NCBI GenBank assembly: GCA_964625535.1
Contig: CAZVEX010000001.1
Span: forward strand, 64,295 to 128,294
Source of the DNA: an uncultured Gammaproteobacteria bacterium
GTDB lineage: Bacteria > Patescibacteriota > Microgenomatia > Daviesbacterales > UBA10151
Reading direction: 5' to 3'
Length of the DNA stretch: 64,000 nucleotides
Positions 9,319-19,662 of the stretch are shown here, one piece after another. The position numbers and the translations under genes were made by a program. How positions within the stretch are numbered: the stretch's first letter is position 1; the number at the start of each line of letters is the position of its first letter. The notes beneath the pieces were generated by a model. It did no database searches. It was not told the DNA's origin and worked only from the letters and a program-made list of their open reading frames with translations.

Positions 9319-10049
9319 AGAAAAAGATCTGTCTTAAATCCTAATCTGGCTAAAATAAAAAGCCCTAGCACTTTAAATGTACCCAGGGAATATTTAATGC
9401 TGTTTTTCAGACTTGCCCCTCTTTTTTTGCCTGTATAACTAGTCTCAACCGGCACTTGAGCTATCCTGATTTTATGATAAGCTGCTTGGGCAATCAATTC
9501 AAAACTGAATAAATAATTATTCGAGTTCACTAAATAGTTTACCCTTTTAAGCATTTTTTTTGTGTAAACCCGAAATCCCTGATGGAAATCATCTAAGTTT
9601 ACACGCAGTATCATTTTATCGATAAGATTTAAAATTCTAATCGGAACCCATTTCCAAAAATACATGCCAGATTTTAACGGATTATCTGAAGTTCTGAAAC
9701 GGTTGCCCAAAATAAATTCTGAACCCGCTTCTATTTCTTTCAAAGCCCCGGGGATAGCTGAAGACTTATATTCGCCGTCCGGGTGAATATCTATAATTAT
9801 ATCTGCTCCGTCTTCAAGCGCTAATTTTAGGGCTCTTTTCATATTGCCGCCATAACCCAAATTGACCGAGTTACGATATGATTTGATTCCAAGTTTTTTT
9901 GCCAGTTTAAAAGTATTGTCATGTGAGGCATCATCGACTAAGATTATTTCATCAACTAAATTTTTGGGAAAATCACGATAAAATTTTTCCAGAGTTTGGG
10001 AAGCATTAAAGGCTAAAAAAATCGTAATAATCTTTGTCCGTTTTTTCAT
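9315..10049 (-). CDS. GT2 glycosyltransferase, DPM1-like
   Basis: LVDDASHDNT, NLGYGGN, HPDGEY, LGNRF and GFRVY motifs. Confidence 0.85.
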   Translation of the reverse strand: MKKRTKIITIFLAFNASQTLEKFYRDFPKNLVDEIILVDDASHDNTFKLAKKLGIKSYRNSVNLGYGGNMKRALKLALEDGADIIIDIHPDGEYKSSAIPGALKEIEAGSEFILGNRFRTSDNPLKSGMYFWKWVPIRILNLIDKMILRVNLDDFHQGFRVYTKKMLKRVNYLVNSNNYLFSFELIAQAAYHKIRIAQVPVETSYTGKKRGASLKNSIKYSLGTFKVLGLFILARLGFKTDLFL

Positions 10050-10103
10050 ATGACATTATTGGTAAACATTATCACCAAAATAAAAATTTGGCAAGCCAAG
10101 ATG

Positions 10104-10997
10104 TTAATAATTTTTCTCTTTCTTATTTTTGGCAATAATTAATTCAATGGGGGACTGATTAATCAAATACAAAAAAATCTGCCAAAGAAACACAATCATA
10201 AATATTGGTGAGGCAATCATTAAGTAAAGCAGGGAAATATTTTTTTTAAATAAGGCTGAAGTATTAATTTTTAAAACTGCCAAAATACTGGCTACAAAAC
10301 CACCTAAAGAGTATTCAGGGGCTATGACACTTTGGCAAGAGAGTATTTTAAGATTATTATTTTTAAGTACTTTAATAAGTCCTCTTATCGTAAGATGAGT
10401 TAAATGTCTAGGGGGGTCCAGATGAAACCAATATTTTGAAAATATTTTTGATTCTAAACTGTTATATCTAGGAAATTCAATCATAACAAAACCGTTTTTA
10501 TTTAGAAGCGAGCTTGCTTTTTTAATATATTCTGCAGAATTTGAAATATGCTCCAGACTTTCCCAAAAAACCACGGCATCAAATTTTTGTTTTGTTTGCC
10601 ATTTAATAAAATCCTTTTTAATGACATCGGGGTTTTTAATTTCAGCACCCGGGACGTCTAAATTAATTACCTCAAATTGATCGGGTAAAGATCTACCGAA
10701 TATCCCTTCGCCAGAGCCTACATCCAAAATTTTCCCTGCACGTAAGTATTTTTTTACCCATTTTTTTCTACGGGCTTGGAATAATTGATATGACATTTCT
10801 TTTAATATTCCGGTTATGCCGGGACTTTCCCAATAAATATCAGAGTAATATTTTCCAATATTTTTAGGTACAGGATAGGTGAATCCTAGAAAACAGTTGT
10901 TACAATAAAGAATATGGAATTTTTGGTTGAGTGTAGGTAGAGTTATGGTAGCATTTGTTTGACACTGTGGACATCGTAGTTTATTCTTTGATTTCAT
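10104..10997 (-). CDS. Class I SAM-dependent methyltransferase with N-terminal CxxC pairs
   Basis: CPQC...CNNC, LDVGSGEG, WESLEHI and PPRHLTH motifs; start placed at MKSKNK. Confidence 0.8.
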   Translation of the reverse strand: MKSKNKLRCPQCQTNATITLPTLNQKFHILYCNNCFLGFTYPVPKNIGKYYSDIYWESPGITGILKEMSYQLFQARRKKWVKKYLRAGKILDVGSGEGIFGRSLPDQFEVINLDVPGAEIKNPDVIKKDFIKWQTKQKFDAVVFWESLEHISNSAEYIKKASSLLNKNGFVMIEFPRYNSLESKIFSKYWFHLDPPRHLTHLTIRGLIKVLKNNNLKILSCQSVIAPEYSLGGFVASILAVLKINTSALFKKNISLLYLMIASPIFMIVFLWQIFLYLINQSPIELIIAKNKKEKNY

Positions 10998-11009
10998 CTC
11001 TTGGGTTTT

Positions 11010-11019
11010 ATTATATAAT
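11010..11019. promoter_or_regulatory. Palindromic bidirectional -10 element ATTATATAAT
   Basis: TATAAT on both strands within a 29-bp divergent gap; 7 nt to ATG 11027 and 12 nt to the minus-strand ATG 10997. Confidence 0.5.
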
Positions 11020-11026
11020 AATTTCA

Positions 11027-12904
11027 ATGAATAAAACTATTAAATTAGTTCAAAATACGGTATTGCTTACATTTTTAATAGTTACGGTTGTTACCTCCAA
11101 CTATTATCTGTTAAGCGATTCGCTGACTTTGGGTTTTAAGCCGGATGATTGGATTCTATTTTTTTCCTATAAGGCTCTTGGCACGAATCCTCTTTCTCAA
11201 ATTGCATCGGTTTGGGCTGAAAGGGGAATATATACCACATACCAAGTTTACTATATGGGTTTTTTGGATAGCCTTTTTGGATTAAATTATTATTCATTTC
11301 ACTTTGTTAACTTAATTTTTAAGATTGTTGCCACCATAAGTTTATACCCTTTAATTCTAGTACTGTTTAAAAACAAGTTACTAGCAGTTTTATCCGTAAT
11401 TCTATTTGCTATTAGTCATTCAACAGTAGGTCCCTTAGAGCTTGTTGTTAAGGGGAGCGATTATTTAGCCATCATTTGGATGAATCTATTTTTGTTGATA
11501 TATTATCTAATCATTGTAAATAAGCTGGTTGGATTAAAATATCACTTTCTTTTATTTATTCTTTTTATTCTATCTCTGGCTTTTTCACCGATTAGGATTT
11601 TCCCGCTTGTAGTAATTCCACCACTGGTTGAAATATTTTTGATACTGAAACATTTTGATTGGGCTGTAATGAAAAAGTCTTTAATCAGACTGGCAGTTCT
11701 TTACTGGCCCTTTGTTATTTTAATTCTGTATTCCCCTATCTCTGTCTTGGGGGATGCGAAAGGCCTTTTTGGCGTATTTGATGCTGTTTTAAAAGGCAAT
11801 TGGTTTTATGTTTTAGCACCAATTTCCGGTATTGGTCATACTTTCATAGCCAATGATTTTTGGGGCAAAATTTTCGGTTTGTTAACAACAGATAAATTTA
11901 ACCATTATCTACTTTTCTTATCCGGGGGTCCCACAGTTATCTGTGGGGTATTGACTTTGTTACTATCCTGGTCGAGAATTTTAAAACAAAAGCTTCTTTT
12001 TTTTATCCTTACTTCATTATTGAATTTTATAGTTCAGATTTTATTTTTCTTTGTCGCGTTCCATCATTTGCAAGTACCTGCCATTGTGAAGGCAAATTAT
12101 GATCCTTCAAATCTTTATTCGGTAATTTTTGGAGGATATATATTGGTAGTTGGTTTTATGATATTTCTGAACTGGTTAAAATGGGATAGAGATAGAATTT
12201 TAGCCTCACTCTGGATTGGTTCAGCCTTTTTATTTATTTTTACTTTTCTGACATGGTTGTTTGCTCCTTTGGGAACAGGGTTTAACGCTACCAGCTACTA
12301 TCTGGTGGTTGCCTCAATCGGATCGTCTCTGATGGTTGCGGCCTTTTTAGTTTCGGTCTACGATAAACTTAAGTTTAGCAGGACAAAACTATTAGCTTTT
12401 CTGCCATTTTTAATTCTTATCTTGATTTTTGGAATGAGCAGTTATGAGATTCGCCAGAGGTTTTCCGGTCTAAATAAAGATGGCCGTGGCGCGGCTGGAC
12501 AGATTATAATGCAAGAAGAGGCAAGACGGGTTTTGAAAGACTACAAGGTGGGAGATTTTATTCTGGTTTATTTTGATACTTCGGATATTGGCGGTAATGG
12601 GTCATTTTATTCAGAAGGATTTTTGACAAGCTTCCCTTTTTTTATGCATTTTCGTAATAACAGAATAGCTGACGGTTGCATTGGAGTAATTTTCGAAGAT
12701 AGTAACATGGTAGAATTAAGGAAATTGGTGCAAGATAAAAATGGAATAAAAGGATTTAATTATCAGGGTTTATGTGTAACGGAAGGAAAAAGCAGCTTAA
12801 GAACTTTATTTTTTACCCGGGATCACTTTTATGCATTCAAAATTAAAGATAGAAAACTGATTGATATTAAAGAAAGTGTTTTGAATCGGTTATATATTAA
12901 GTAA
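11027..12904 (+). CDS. Polytopic membrane protein, putative GT-C glycosyltransferase (paralog family A)
   Basis: Roughly a dozen hydrophobic segments, acidic PDDW after TM1, SPIRIFP, and a soluble C-tail ending FYAFKIKDRKLIDIKE. Confidence 0.65.
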   Translation: MNKTIKLVQNTVLLTFLIVTVVTSNYYLLSDSLTLGFKPDDWILFFSYKALGTNPLSQIASVWAERGIYTTYQVYYMGFLDSLFGLNYYSFHFVNLIFKIVATISLYPLILVLFKNKLLAVLSVILFAISHSTVGPLELVVKGSDYLAIIWMNLFLLIYYLIIVNKLVGLKYHFLLFILFILSLAFSPIRIFPLVVIPPLVEIFLILKHFDWAVMKKSLIRLAVLYWPFVILILYSPISVLGDAKGLFGVFDAVLKGNWFYVLAPISGIGHTFIANDFWGKIFGLLTTDKFNHYLLFLSGGPTVICGVLTLLLSWSRILKQKLLFFILTSLLNFIVQILFFFVAFHHLQVPAIVKANYDPSNLYSVIFGGYILVVGFMIFLNWLKWDRDRILASLWIGSAFLFIFTFLTWLFAPLGTGFNATSYYLVVASIGSSLMVAAFLVSVYDKLKFSRTKLLAFLPFLILILIFGMSSYEIRQRFSGLNKDGRGAAGQIIMQEEARRVLKDYKVGDFILVYFDTSDIGGNGSFYSEGFLTSFPFFMHFRNNRIADGCIGVIFEDSNMVELRKLVQDKNGIKGFNYQGLCVTEGKSSLRTLFFTRDHFYAFKIKDRKLIDIKESVLNRLYIK

Positions 12905-12905
12905 A

Positions 12906-13652
12906 ATGATACATCATAAAAATAAAGGTTCTGAAGTTATAGTGGTAATTCCTGCATATAATTCGGAGAAAACAATTGAAAAAGTGTATAAAAGCATACC
13001 TCATGGGTTGGTCGATGAAGTAATTATAGTAGACGATGGATCTAAGGATAATACTGTTGTAGAGATAGAGCGTCTTGGTTTAGAACCAATCATCCATAAA
13101 AAAAATTTAGGGTATGGAGCAAATCAAAAAACTTTATATACTAATGCATTAAAAGCCGGGGCAAAATATGTAATTATGCTTCATCCGGATGATCAGTATG
13201 ACCCAAAAGATCTGCCAAAATTTATTGATGCTTTAAGAAATGGTAAAGGAGACCTAATTTTAGGATCCCGCTTTTTATCAAAAGGAGTTAATGAAACGCC
13301 GGGCTATAAATCAATTTCTTTAAAACTAATAGCAGTACTTTTTAATTTAATTTTAGGGTTACGTCTTTCAGAAGTTAATACTGGATACCGCGGTTATACT
13401 GCCAGATTACTAAAAACAATTCCTTTTTCAAAAAACGGCAACGGATATATTTTTGACCCGCAACTTATTATTCAAGCGGTTCATTTCGGTTTCAAAATTG
13501 CCGAAGTGCCGGTTTCCAAAAAATACAACAAAGAGGCAATCTCGCCCAATTTTTCAAAGTCTATTCATCATGGATTTGAGAATATGCAGCTTTTAATAGA
13601 ATATATTCTTCACCGTCTAAAATTGAAACAGGCTACTTTTTTAACAGCTTAA
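12906..13652 (+). CDS. GT2 glycosyltransferase, DPM1-like
   Basis: IPAYN, VDDGSKDNT, NLGYGANQK, HPDDQY, LGSRF and GYRGY motifs. Confidence 0.9.
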   Translation: MIHHKNKGSEVIVVIPAYNSEKTIEKVYKSIPHGLVDEVIIVDDGSKDNTVVEIERLGLEPIIHKKNLGYGANQKTLYTNALKAGAKYVIMLHPDDQYDPKDLPKFIDALRNGKGDLILGSRFLSKGVNETPGYKSISLKLIAVLFNLILGLRLSEVNTGYRGYTARLLKTIPFSKNGNGYIFDPQLIIQAVHFGFKIAEVPVSKKYNKEAISPNFSKSIHHGFENMQLLIEYILHRLKLKQATFLTA

Positions 13653-13664
13653 TTTAATGCGAAT

Positions 13665-15554
13665 ATGAAAATGAAATTGTGGATATTTTTGCTCTTAATC
13701 GGTTTAGTTTTTTTTATCCAATTTACTCTCTTACAACCCATCATTCAATACAGATTATTTGTAGAAGATTGGACTCTGCTTACAGGTTATAAATATCTCT
13801 ATCCTAACCCCTTTTTAAGACTTGTGGATGTTTGGACGGGCAGCGGCGGCCTGCACACTACTGTCCAAATATACTATATCGGGATATTATCAGATTTTTT
13901 CGGATCTAATTACCAAGCATATCATATCGTAAATGTAATATTAAAAGGCATAGCTACCTTGACACTTTTTCCATTGGTATTGATTCTGTTTAGAAATAAA
14001 CTGTTAGCTTTTTTGACTACTACTTTCTACGCAATTAGCGCCGGCTCGGCAGGTCCTTTGATAATGGTAATTAAAGGTGGGGAGTATCTGGCGGTAGCAG
14101 CATTAAATGTATTCTTAATTGTTTATTATTATGCGATTTCTAAAAAGTCGGTTTTTCTTATCGCTATTTCATCTTTTTTATTTCTTCTTACTTTTCTTCT
14201 TTCCCCATCAAGAATGTTCCCAATTTTTTTTCTGGTTTTGCTGGTAGAAATATTTTGGTTAGTAAAGTCCAGAAGTCTTAAGAATTTAAAGTTTTCCCTA
14301 TTAAGGCTGGTATGTTTTTATATACCGGTTTTTTTGATTGCAAGATCTGCTCCTGTTTCTTCCTGCTGCCTGTTTGCTTCCCGTCCGCCCATTATTTTAA
14401 AAGAAATTCTTGATGGTAATTGGCATAATCTCCTTATTCCATTTGCCGGAATCGGTTATTCGCTTTTGACTACGGATTTTTGGAAATATTTTGGTCAAAT
14501 AGATTTTGCAACCTTCACTGATTTGGGGAATTACCTGCTTTTTCTTTTCAGGTCTTCTGTAATTTTCCTTTTTCTGACGATTATCATTTCAACAATAGTT
14601 TCCAAAAAGCCCGGTAAATTTTTCATTTTAGTTTTTGTCACAAATTTTATTCTGGATATTTTAATGTTTTTTGTAGCAAGTCACCATTTTTATATACCGG
14701 ACAAGCTTAGATCATTTATGGATCCTTCTTTCTACCTCATTACCAAATACCCGGCACTAGTGGCTATTTATATATTTACCGTATCTTTTTTTGCATTTTT
14801 AGAATGGAAAAAATCCGGAAGAAGCAAGCCCTTACTTATGGCCTTGTGGGTAGGCCCTGCTTTTTCGGTTGCTTTCTTATGGCCAACTTGGTTGGTTATA
14901 GGAACACTAATCGGTTATTATACTAGTGTTAGCTGGTACTTAATTATACCTCCAATAGGTCTTTCGTTATTTATATCTGCGATTCTAGTTTTGTTCTATG
15001 AGAAATTAAAATACAAAAGTTTGTCGAAGAGTATTGCCATATTAGTCATTTGTGCCATAATTTTCGTATTGTATAAAACAAGCGGGATGGAAATTACTAG
15101 AGCTTTTATGGCTATAAATTCGCAAAGAGTCAAGATAACCGATCAAGGATTGCTGCAGGATAAATTACTGGCAAAAATCGGCGACCGCTATAAAAGCGGA
15201 AACATTTTTGTCTATTTTGATATAGAAAATGATGTTAAATATTCTAAACAATATTATCAAGACGCACTGTCTTTAGATCATTTTGAATATTGGATGCATG
15301 TTAGAAGATCAGATGGTTTGGGTGGTTGCGTTTCCGGTATAAGCAATAAAGATGCTTTAAGGAAGACAGTTCAATCAATTGACGGGCAAGTTGAATTTGT
15401 TTACAAAGGGATTTGTATGGAGAAAGATAAGCAGGAAGTCCAGAAGTCTTACGATGCTATAGTTTATGATGTTAATGATTTCTACGCCTATAAATTAGAA
15501 AATGGGGAGTTTATAGATATTAAAGAACACACGCTTAAGGAGATAAACCCTTAA
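13665..15554 (+). CDS. Polytopic membrane protein, putative GT-C (family A)
   Basis: VEDW after TM1, KGGEY, SPSRMFP, GNWHNLL and C-terminal FYAYKLENGEFIDIKE. Confidence 0.65.
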   Translation: MKMKLWIFLLLIGLVFFIQFTLLQPIIQYRLFVEDWTLLTGYKYLYPNPFLRLVDVWTGSGGLHTTVQIYYIGILSDFFGSNYQAYHIVNVILKGIATLTLFPLVLILFRNKLLAFLTTTFYAISAGSAGPLIMVIKGGEYLAVAALNVFLIVYYYAISKKSVFLIAISSFLFLLTFLLSPSRMFPIFFLVLLVEIFWLVKSRSLKNLKFSLLRLVCFYIPVFLIARSAPVSSCCLFASRPPIILKEILDGNWHNLLIPFAGIGYSLLTTDFWKYFGQIDFATFTDLGNYLLFLFRSSVIFLFLTIIISTIVSKKPGKFFILVFVTNFILDILMFFVASHHFYIPDKLRSFMDPSFYLITKYPALVAIYIFTVSFFAFLEWKKSGRSKPLLMALWVGPAFSVAFLWPTWLVIGTLIGYYTSVSWYLIIPPIGLSLFISAILVLFYEKLKYKSLSKSIAILVICAIIFVLYKTSGMEITRAFMAINSQRVKITDQGLLQDKLLAKIGDRYKSGNIFVYFDIENDVKYSKQYYQDALSLDHFEYWMHVRRSDGLGGCVSGISNKDALRKTVQSIDGQVEFVYKGICMEKDKQEVQKSYDAIVYDVNDFYAYKLENGEFIDIKEHTLKEINP

Positions 15555-16460
15555 TTATTTTCTTTGTAATTGCCGTTTAAACCTATCTAGCGCTTTTTCT
15601 ATGCCAGTAATATGGAATCCAAGAGACTCTATTTTTTTAGTACTTAACCAGGTATGTTGAGGCCTGGGGGCAATCCGTTTTTTGGATAAATTTAAAAATG
15701 ATATTGGTTTTATTAAAGTTGCGTCCAAGTTCATTATATGGGCAATTTTTTGAGCAAATTGAATAGGAGTTATATACTTTTGGGGAGAGTAATTTCCCGC
15801 CACATGGTAAATACCTGTTGCGCTACTTTCTAATAGAAATTTCAGAGCCTTTGCAATATCATCAACGCTTGTTGGTTTGATTTTTTGATCTTCTATTCCA
15901 AAATACGGCTCTTTATCTTTCAGTTTTTCAACAACTGCCCTGGCAATATCAAGTTTTCGTCTGTATACACCGCTGAAAGGATAGGAGATTCGAATGATTG
16001 AGAATTTTCCTCCGATTTGAATAATTCCCAGTTCACCTTCAGATTTGGTTATTGCATACCATGAATCTACCGGGTTAGGAGTATCTTCTTCAGTATAAGG
16101 ACTATCTTCCTTTTTTCCATTAAATACATAATCTGTTGAGATATGGTATAGAACCTTACCGGAAGATTTACAGGTTTCAGCTAGCCAAGTCGGCAAAAGA
16201 ACATTTATGGTATAAACTTCTCCGTCCCGGTCATTTTTTTCTTTTTCAGCTTCATCTACATTAGTATAGGCTGCAAAATTCAAAACAACACTGGCATCAG
16301 ATGATTGGACAGTTTTGGAAACTTCCTCTTTATTGGTTAGGTTTATCTTGATATCTGCATTATTTCTTCCAAGGGTAACAACTGAAAAATTGTTTTTAAC
16401 AAGCTCAATGAATCTTGAGCCGACCAAACCGGTAGAACCGGTAATTAGCAGTTTTTGCAT
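15555..16460 (-). CDS. dTDP-4-dehydrorhamnose reductase-like (RmlD family)
   Basis: TGSTGLVG, AAYTNVDEAE, HISTDYVFNG, YAITK and APRP motifs. Confidence 0.85.
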   Translation of the reverse strand: MQKLLITGSTGLVGSRFIELVKNNFSVVTLGRNNADIKINLTNKEEVSKTVQSSDASVVLNFAAYTNVDEAEKEKNDRDGEVYTINVLLPTWLAETCKSSGKVLYHISTDYVFNGKKEDSPYTEEDTPNPVDSWYAITKSEGELGIIQIGGKFSIIRISYPFSGVYRRKLDIARAVVEKLKDKEPYFGIEDQKIKPTSVDDIAKALKFLLESSATGIYHVAGNYSPQKYITPIQFAQKIAHIMNLDATLIKPISFLNLSKKRIAPRPQHTWLSTKKIESLGFHITGIEKALDRFKRQLQRK

Positions 16461-16463
16461 ATT

Positions 16464-17633
16464 TTAGGAAGTGGCCTTTTTTATGGTATTGGCTACATAC
16501 TCCATGACCTCAACTGAAAGAGTCGGATGTACAGAGACCCAAAAGCTGCTGTGAAGCAATTGATCCGCATTGTTAAGTTTATCCCGGACTATCACATGGT
16601 CCAAAAAGGCAGGCTGGCGGGCAATATTCCCTGCCAAAATTGGCCGCCACTCAATGTTCGCTTTATCCAAAGCTTCCAAGACTTTTTTTCTTGGAATACC
16701 CTTTAAGGTAACAGGAAAAGTGTACCAGCAGACATCGGCCAGGGAATCAGCAACAGGTAAAACTATTCTATCTTCATATCTGGATAGTAATTTTTTTAGA
16801 ACTTGCGCATTTCTTTTCCTTGCCTTTTTAAATTCCTGTAACCTTCCAAGTTGTACCCTACCCATGGCTGCTTGCAGTTCCAGCGGTTTGAGGTTTGATC
16901 CCAGCTCGGAATATATATACCTTCTGTAATCGGCAGGGAAATCTCCCATCCCCTTTTTCCTATTTTCGAAATCTAAAATCCTTCCCCAATCCCTGATAGA
17001 AAGAACCCTGTCTGCTACATCGGAATTGTCGGTTAAGACTGCGCCTCCCTCTCCGGTTGATATGATATGAGCTGCATGGGTGGAGATAGCTGAAAATTCT
17101 CCAAAACTTCCCAGCATTTTTCCATCCCACATGCCGCCGAAACCGTCGCAATTATCCTCAATAATTTTTAGTTTGTTTTTCTTGGCAATTTTTAATATCT
17201 CATCCAGCTTACCTACTAGCCCTGCTGCATAGACAATAAAGATGGCAGAAGTTTTGTCGGTGATTGATTTTTCAACGGATTTTGGGGAGAGAAAATAATT
17301 CCCCAATTCTATATCGGCAACCACAGGTTTTAAACCGGAATTTATTAAAGATGCAATAGGGGTAGGAAATGAACAGGCGGGAACAATTACTTCCGACCCT
17401 TTTGATAACTGCAGTGCTCTTATTCCTAAATCCAGGGCCGAGGTACCCGAATTTGCTAAAATCGCCCTTTTTACCCCTTGGACTTTTGCCAGTTCCGACT
17501 CAAATAATTTTCCCTGTTCACTCAAACCCCACCAGTTTTTATCCAAAATTGCATCTATTGCCTTGCGTTCTTTTTTACCAAAAGCTACCCCGCCATATAA
17601 AACCCTGGTTTTTCCGGGGATAAATTTTTTCAT
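16464..17633 (-). CDS. DegT/DnrJ-fold PLP/PMP enzyme with His in place of the catalytic Lys (3-dehydratase-like, RfbH/ColD type)
   Basis: NSGTSA, IIEDNCD, STHAAHIISTGEGG, RDWGR and WRPILAGN motifs; start placed at MKKFIPG. Confidence 0.8.
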   Translation of the reverse strand: MKKFIPGKTRVLYGGVAFGKKERKAIDAILDKNWWGLSEQGKLFESELAKVQGVKRAILANSGTSALDLGIRALQLSKGSEVIVPACSFPTPIASLINSGLKPVVADIELGNYFLSPKSVEKSITDKTSAIFIVYAAGLVGKLDEILKIAKKNKLKIIEDNCDGFGGMWDGKMLGSFGEFSAISTHAAHIISTGEGGAVLTDNSDVADRVLSIRDWGRILDFENRKKGMGDFPADYRRYIYSELGSNLKPLELQAAMGRVQLGRLQEFKKARKRNAQVLKKLLSRYEDRIVLPVADSLADVCWYTFPVTLKGIPRKKVLEALDKANIEWRPILAGNIARQPAFLDHVIVRDKLNNADQLLHSSFWVSVHPTLSVEVMEYVANTIKKATS

Positions 17634-17704
17634 TGTATTTTGCAGTTTAAGATGAGATTGTAAAAAAGTTTTTGTGAAAAAACAAGTATCTAAATTGATA
17701 GTGA

Positions 17705-17732
17705 TTGACAATAATTTCTTTTAATTTAAAAT
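17705..17732 (+). promoter_or_regulatory. Sigma70-type promoter
   Basis: TTGACA (17705-17710), 16 nt spacer, TAAAAT (17727-17732); ATG 10 nt downstream. Confidence 0.55.
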
Positions 17733-17742
17733 TAAGAGATAA

Positions 17743-19662
17743 ATGCGATATTTTAAAAAACATTCCTTGAGCATTTGGATATTTTTTTTATGCGCAATTT
17801 TAGTATTTATTACTCAATTTACACTACTTCAATCTGTACTTCAGTATCGGTTATTTAATACCTCGGAGGATTGGGCGTATCTTATTTTATATCACTCCCT
17901 GGATTTAAATTTTTGGGATAAATTAGTTTATGTTTGGAAAACTTCCGGGCTGCACACATCAGCCCAAGTATTCCATATCGGGATTTTATCCGAGTTGTTA
18001 GGTTTTAATTATTCGGCTTATCAAGTGGTAAATGTAGTATTAAAAGCAATAGGGACGCTATCTTTTTTCCCGTTGATTTTGATCCTTTTTAAAAGCAGAA
18101 AGCTGGCATTTTTAGCAACTATTTTGTTTGGGATAAATTCTGCTACTGCCGGATCCTTTCTTTGGATTGTTAAGGGGAGTGAATACATAGGGATAATGTT
18201 GATGAACATTTTTCTTATTACTTACTACTTTGTAATCTTAAAAAATTCAAAAAAGCTTCTTTTTCTATCAAGCATTTTATTTTTATTAGCTTACTTGATG
18301 GCTCCGCCCAGGATGTTTCCACTGGTTTTACTGTTTCCTTTAATTGAAATTTATTGGCTACTTAAAACTCGTAAGATTCGCAATCTAAAATATTCAATCT
18401 TAAGAGGAGTATTTTATATCCTGCCTGTGATTTTAGTTTCCTTACCGGCTCCTGTTTCCCCGGGTTTTCCCTTTACCAAACAGCCGTTCGTTCTTTTAAA
18501 AGCAATACTCGACGGGAATTGGCATAATCTTATTGACCCATTCTCTAGTATAGGTTGGACACTTCTTACAAACGATTACTGGAAATTTTTAGGAAAGTTA
18601 GAATATGAAACTCTAACAAATTTAAAATTATATTTGACCTTTTTGTTTGATAGACCTGTCTTAATCTTCGGAATTTTAACAATGCTATTATCCCGTATTT
18701 TGTCGAATAAACCCCGGAAATTTTTTCTATTAGTTTTTGGTTTAAACTTTATGCTTGAAATTTTATTGTTTATATTAACCAGCCACCACCTTTATTTGCC
18801 GGAAAACCACATCAAGTCTTACCCGGGTCATTTTGTATTCACCAAATTTCCAGCTTTAGTTGGTTTTTATATATTTACGGTCGCTTTTGCCTGTTTTTTG
18901 GAATGGAGAAATGATAAAGAAAAAAGCAATCTATATATGGCTATGTGGGTTGGGGTGATATTTTCAGTAATTTTTCTTTGGCCAACATGGATAATAATGG
19001 GGCCATTAATCAATGATTATAGTAGTGTCCATTGGTATTTTGGTATACCGGCTGCGGGAACCACTCTTTTTTTAGCCGCAATATTGATCCTAATTTATGA
19101 TAAATTTAAACACAGAAGGTTATCCAGGGTATTTGCAGTACTCTTTATTTTGATAATAATAGTTGTTTTTTACCAATCTCATGGGACGGCAATTACCAAA
19201 CAATATATGGGTGTAAACCCCACAAAAGTAAGTTTGAAAGATCAACAAAAACTGCATGAGGAATTGATAATAAGCCTAGGAGATTCAGCAAAAAGCGGAG
19301 ATGTTTTGGTATACCTGGAAATTACTGAAGATGTTGTCAACTTAAGGAGGACACAAGAGTTTTATAAAGAAGCCTTGGTTGTAACAAAGTTTGGAGATTG
19401 GTTACACTTCAGAAGAAAAGAAACCGCCGGATGCATAGATGTTATCATTGATAAAAAGGTGCTTAAATCTGTTATTCAATTAAGGAATAATGAGAAAGGG
19501 TTTGCATACTACGGTAAATGTTTGGATAAAGAGAAGGGTATTTTGGTAAACAAAGAAAACCACCTCTATAAACTTGGTGACTTTTATGCATTACGAATAA
19601 AAAATGGTAACTTTATTAATATCAGAGACGAAATACTCGGAGAATTAAGGCTTAACCCCTGA
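17743..19662 (+). CDS. Polytopic membrane protein, putative GT-C (family A)
   Basis: SEDW, KGSEY, APPRMFP, GNWHNLI and C-terminal FYALRIKNGNFINIRDE; closest to the 13665 gene. Confidence 0.65.
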   Translation: MRYFKKHSLSIWIFFLCAILVFITQFTLLQSVLQYRLFNTSEDWAYLILYHSLDLNFWDKLVYVWKTSGLHTSAQVFHIGILSELLGFNYSAYQVVNVVLKAIGTLSFFPLILILFKSRKLAFLATILFGINSATAGSFLWIVKGSEYIGIMLMNIFLITYYFVILKNSKKLLFLSSILFLLAYLMAPPRMFPLVLLFPLIEIYWLLKTRKIRNLKYSILRGVFYILPVILVSLPAPVSPGFPFTKQPFVLLKAILDGNWHNLIDPFSSIGWTLLTNDYWKFLGKLEYETLTNLKLYLTFLFDRPVLIFGILTMLLSRILSNKPRKFFLLVFGLNFMLEILLFILTSHHLYLPENHIKSYPGHFVFTKFPALVGFYIFTVAFACFLEWRNDKEKSNLYMAMWVGVIFSVIFLWPTWIIMGPLINDYSSVHWYFGIPAAGTTLFLAAILILIYDKFKHRRLSRVFAVLFILIIIVVFYQSHGTAITKQYMGVNPTKVSLKDQQKLHEELIISLGDSAKSGDVLVYLEITEDVVNLRRTQEFYKEALVVTKFGDWLHFRRKETAGCIDVIIDKKVLKSVIQLRNNEKGFAYYGKCLDKEKGILVNKENHLYKLGDFYALRIKNGNFINIRDEILGELRLNP

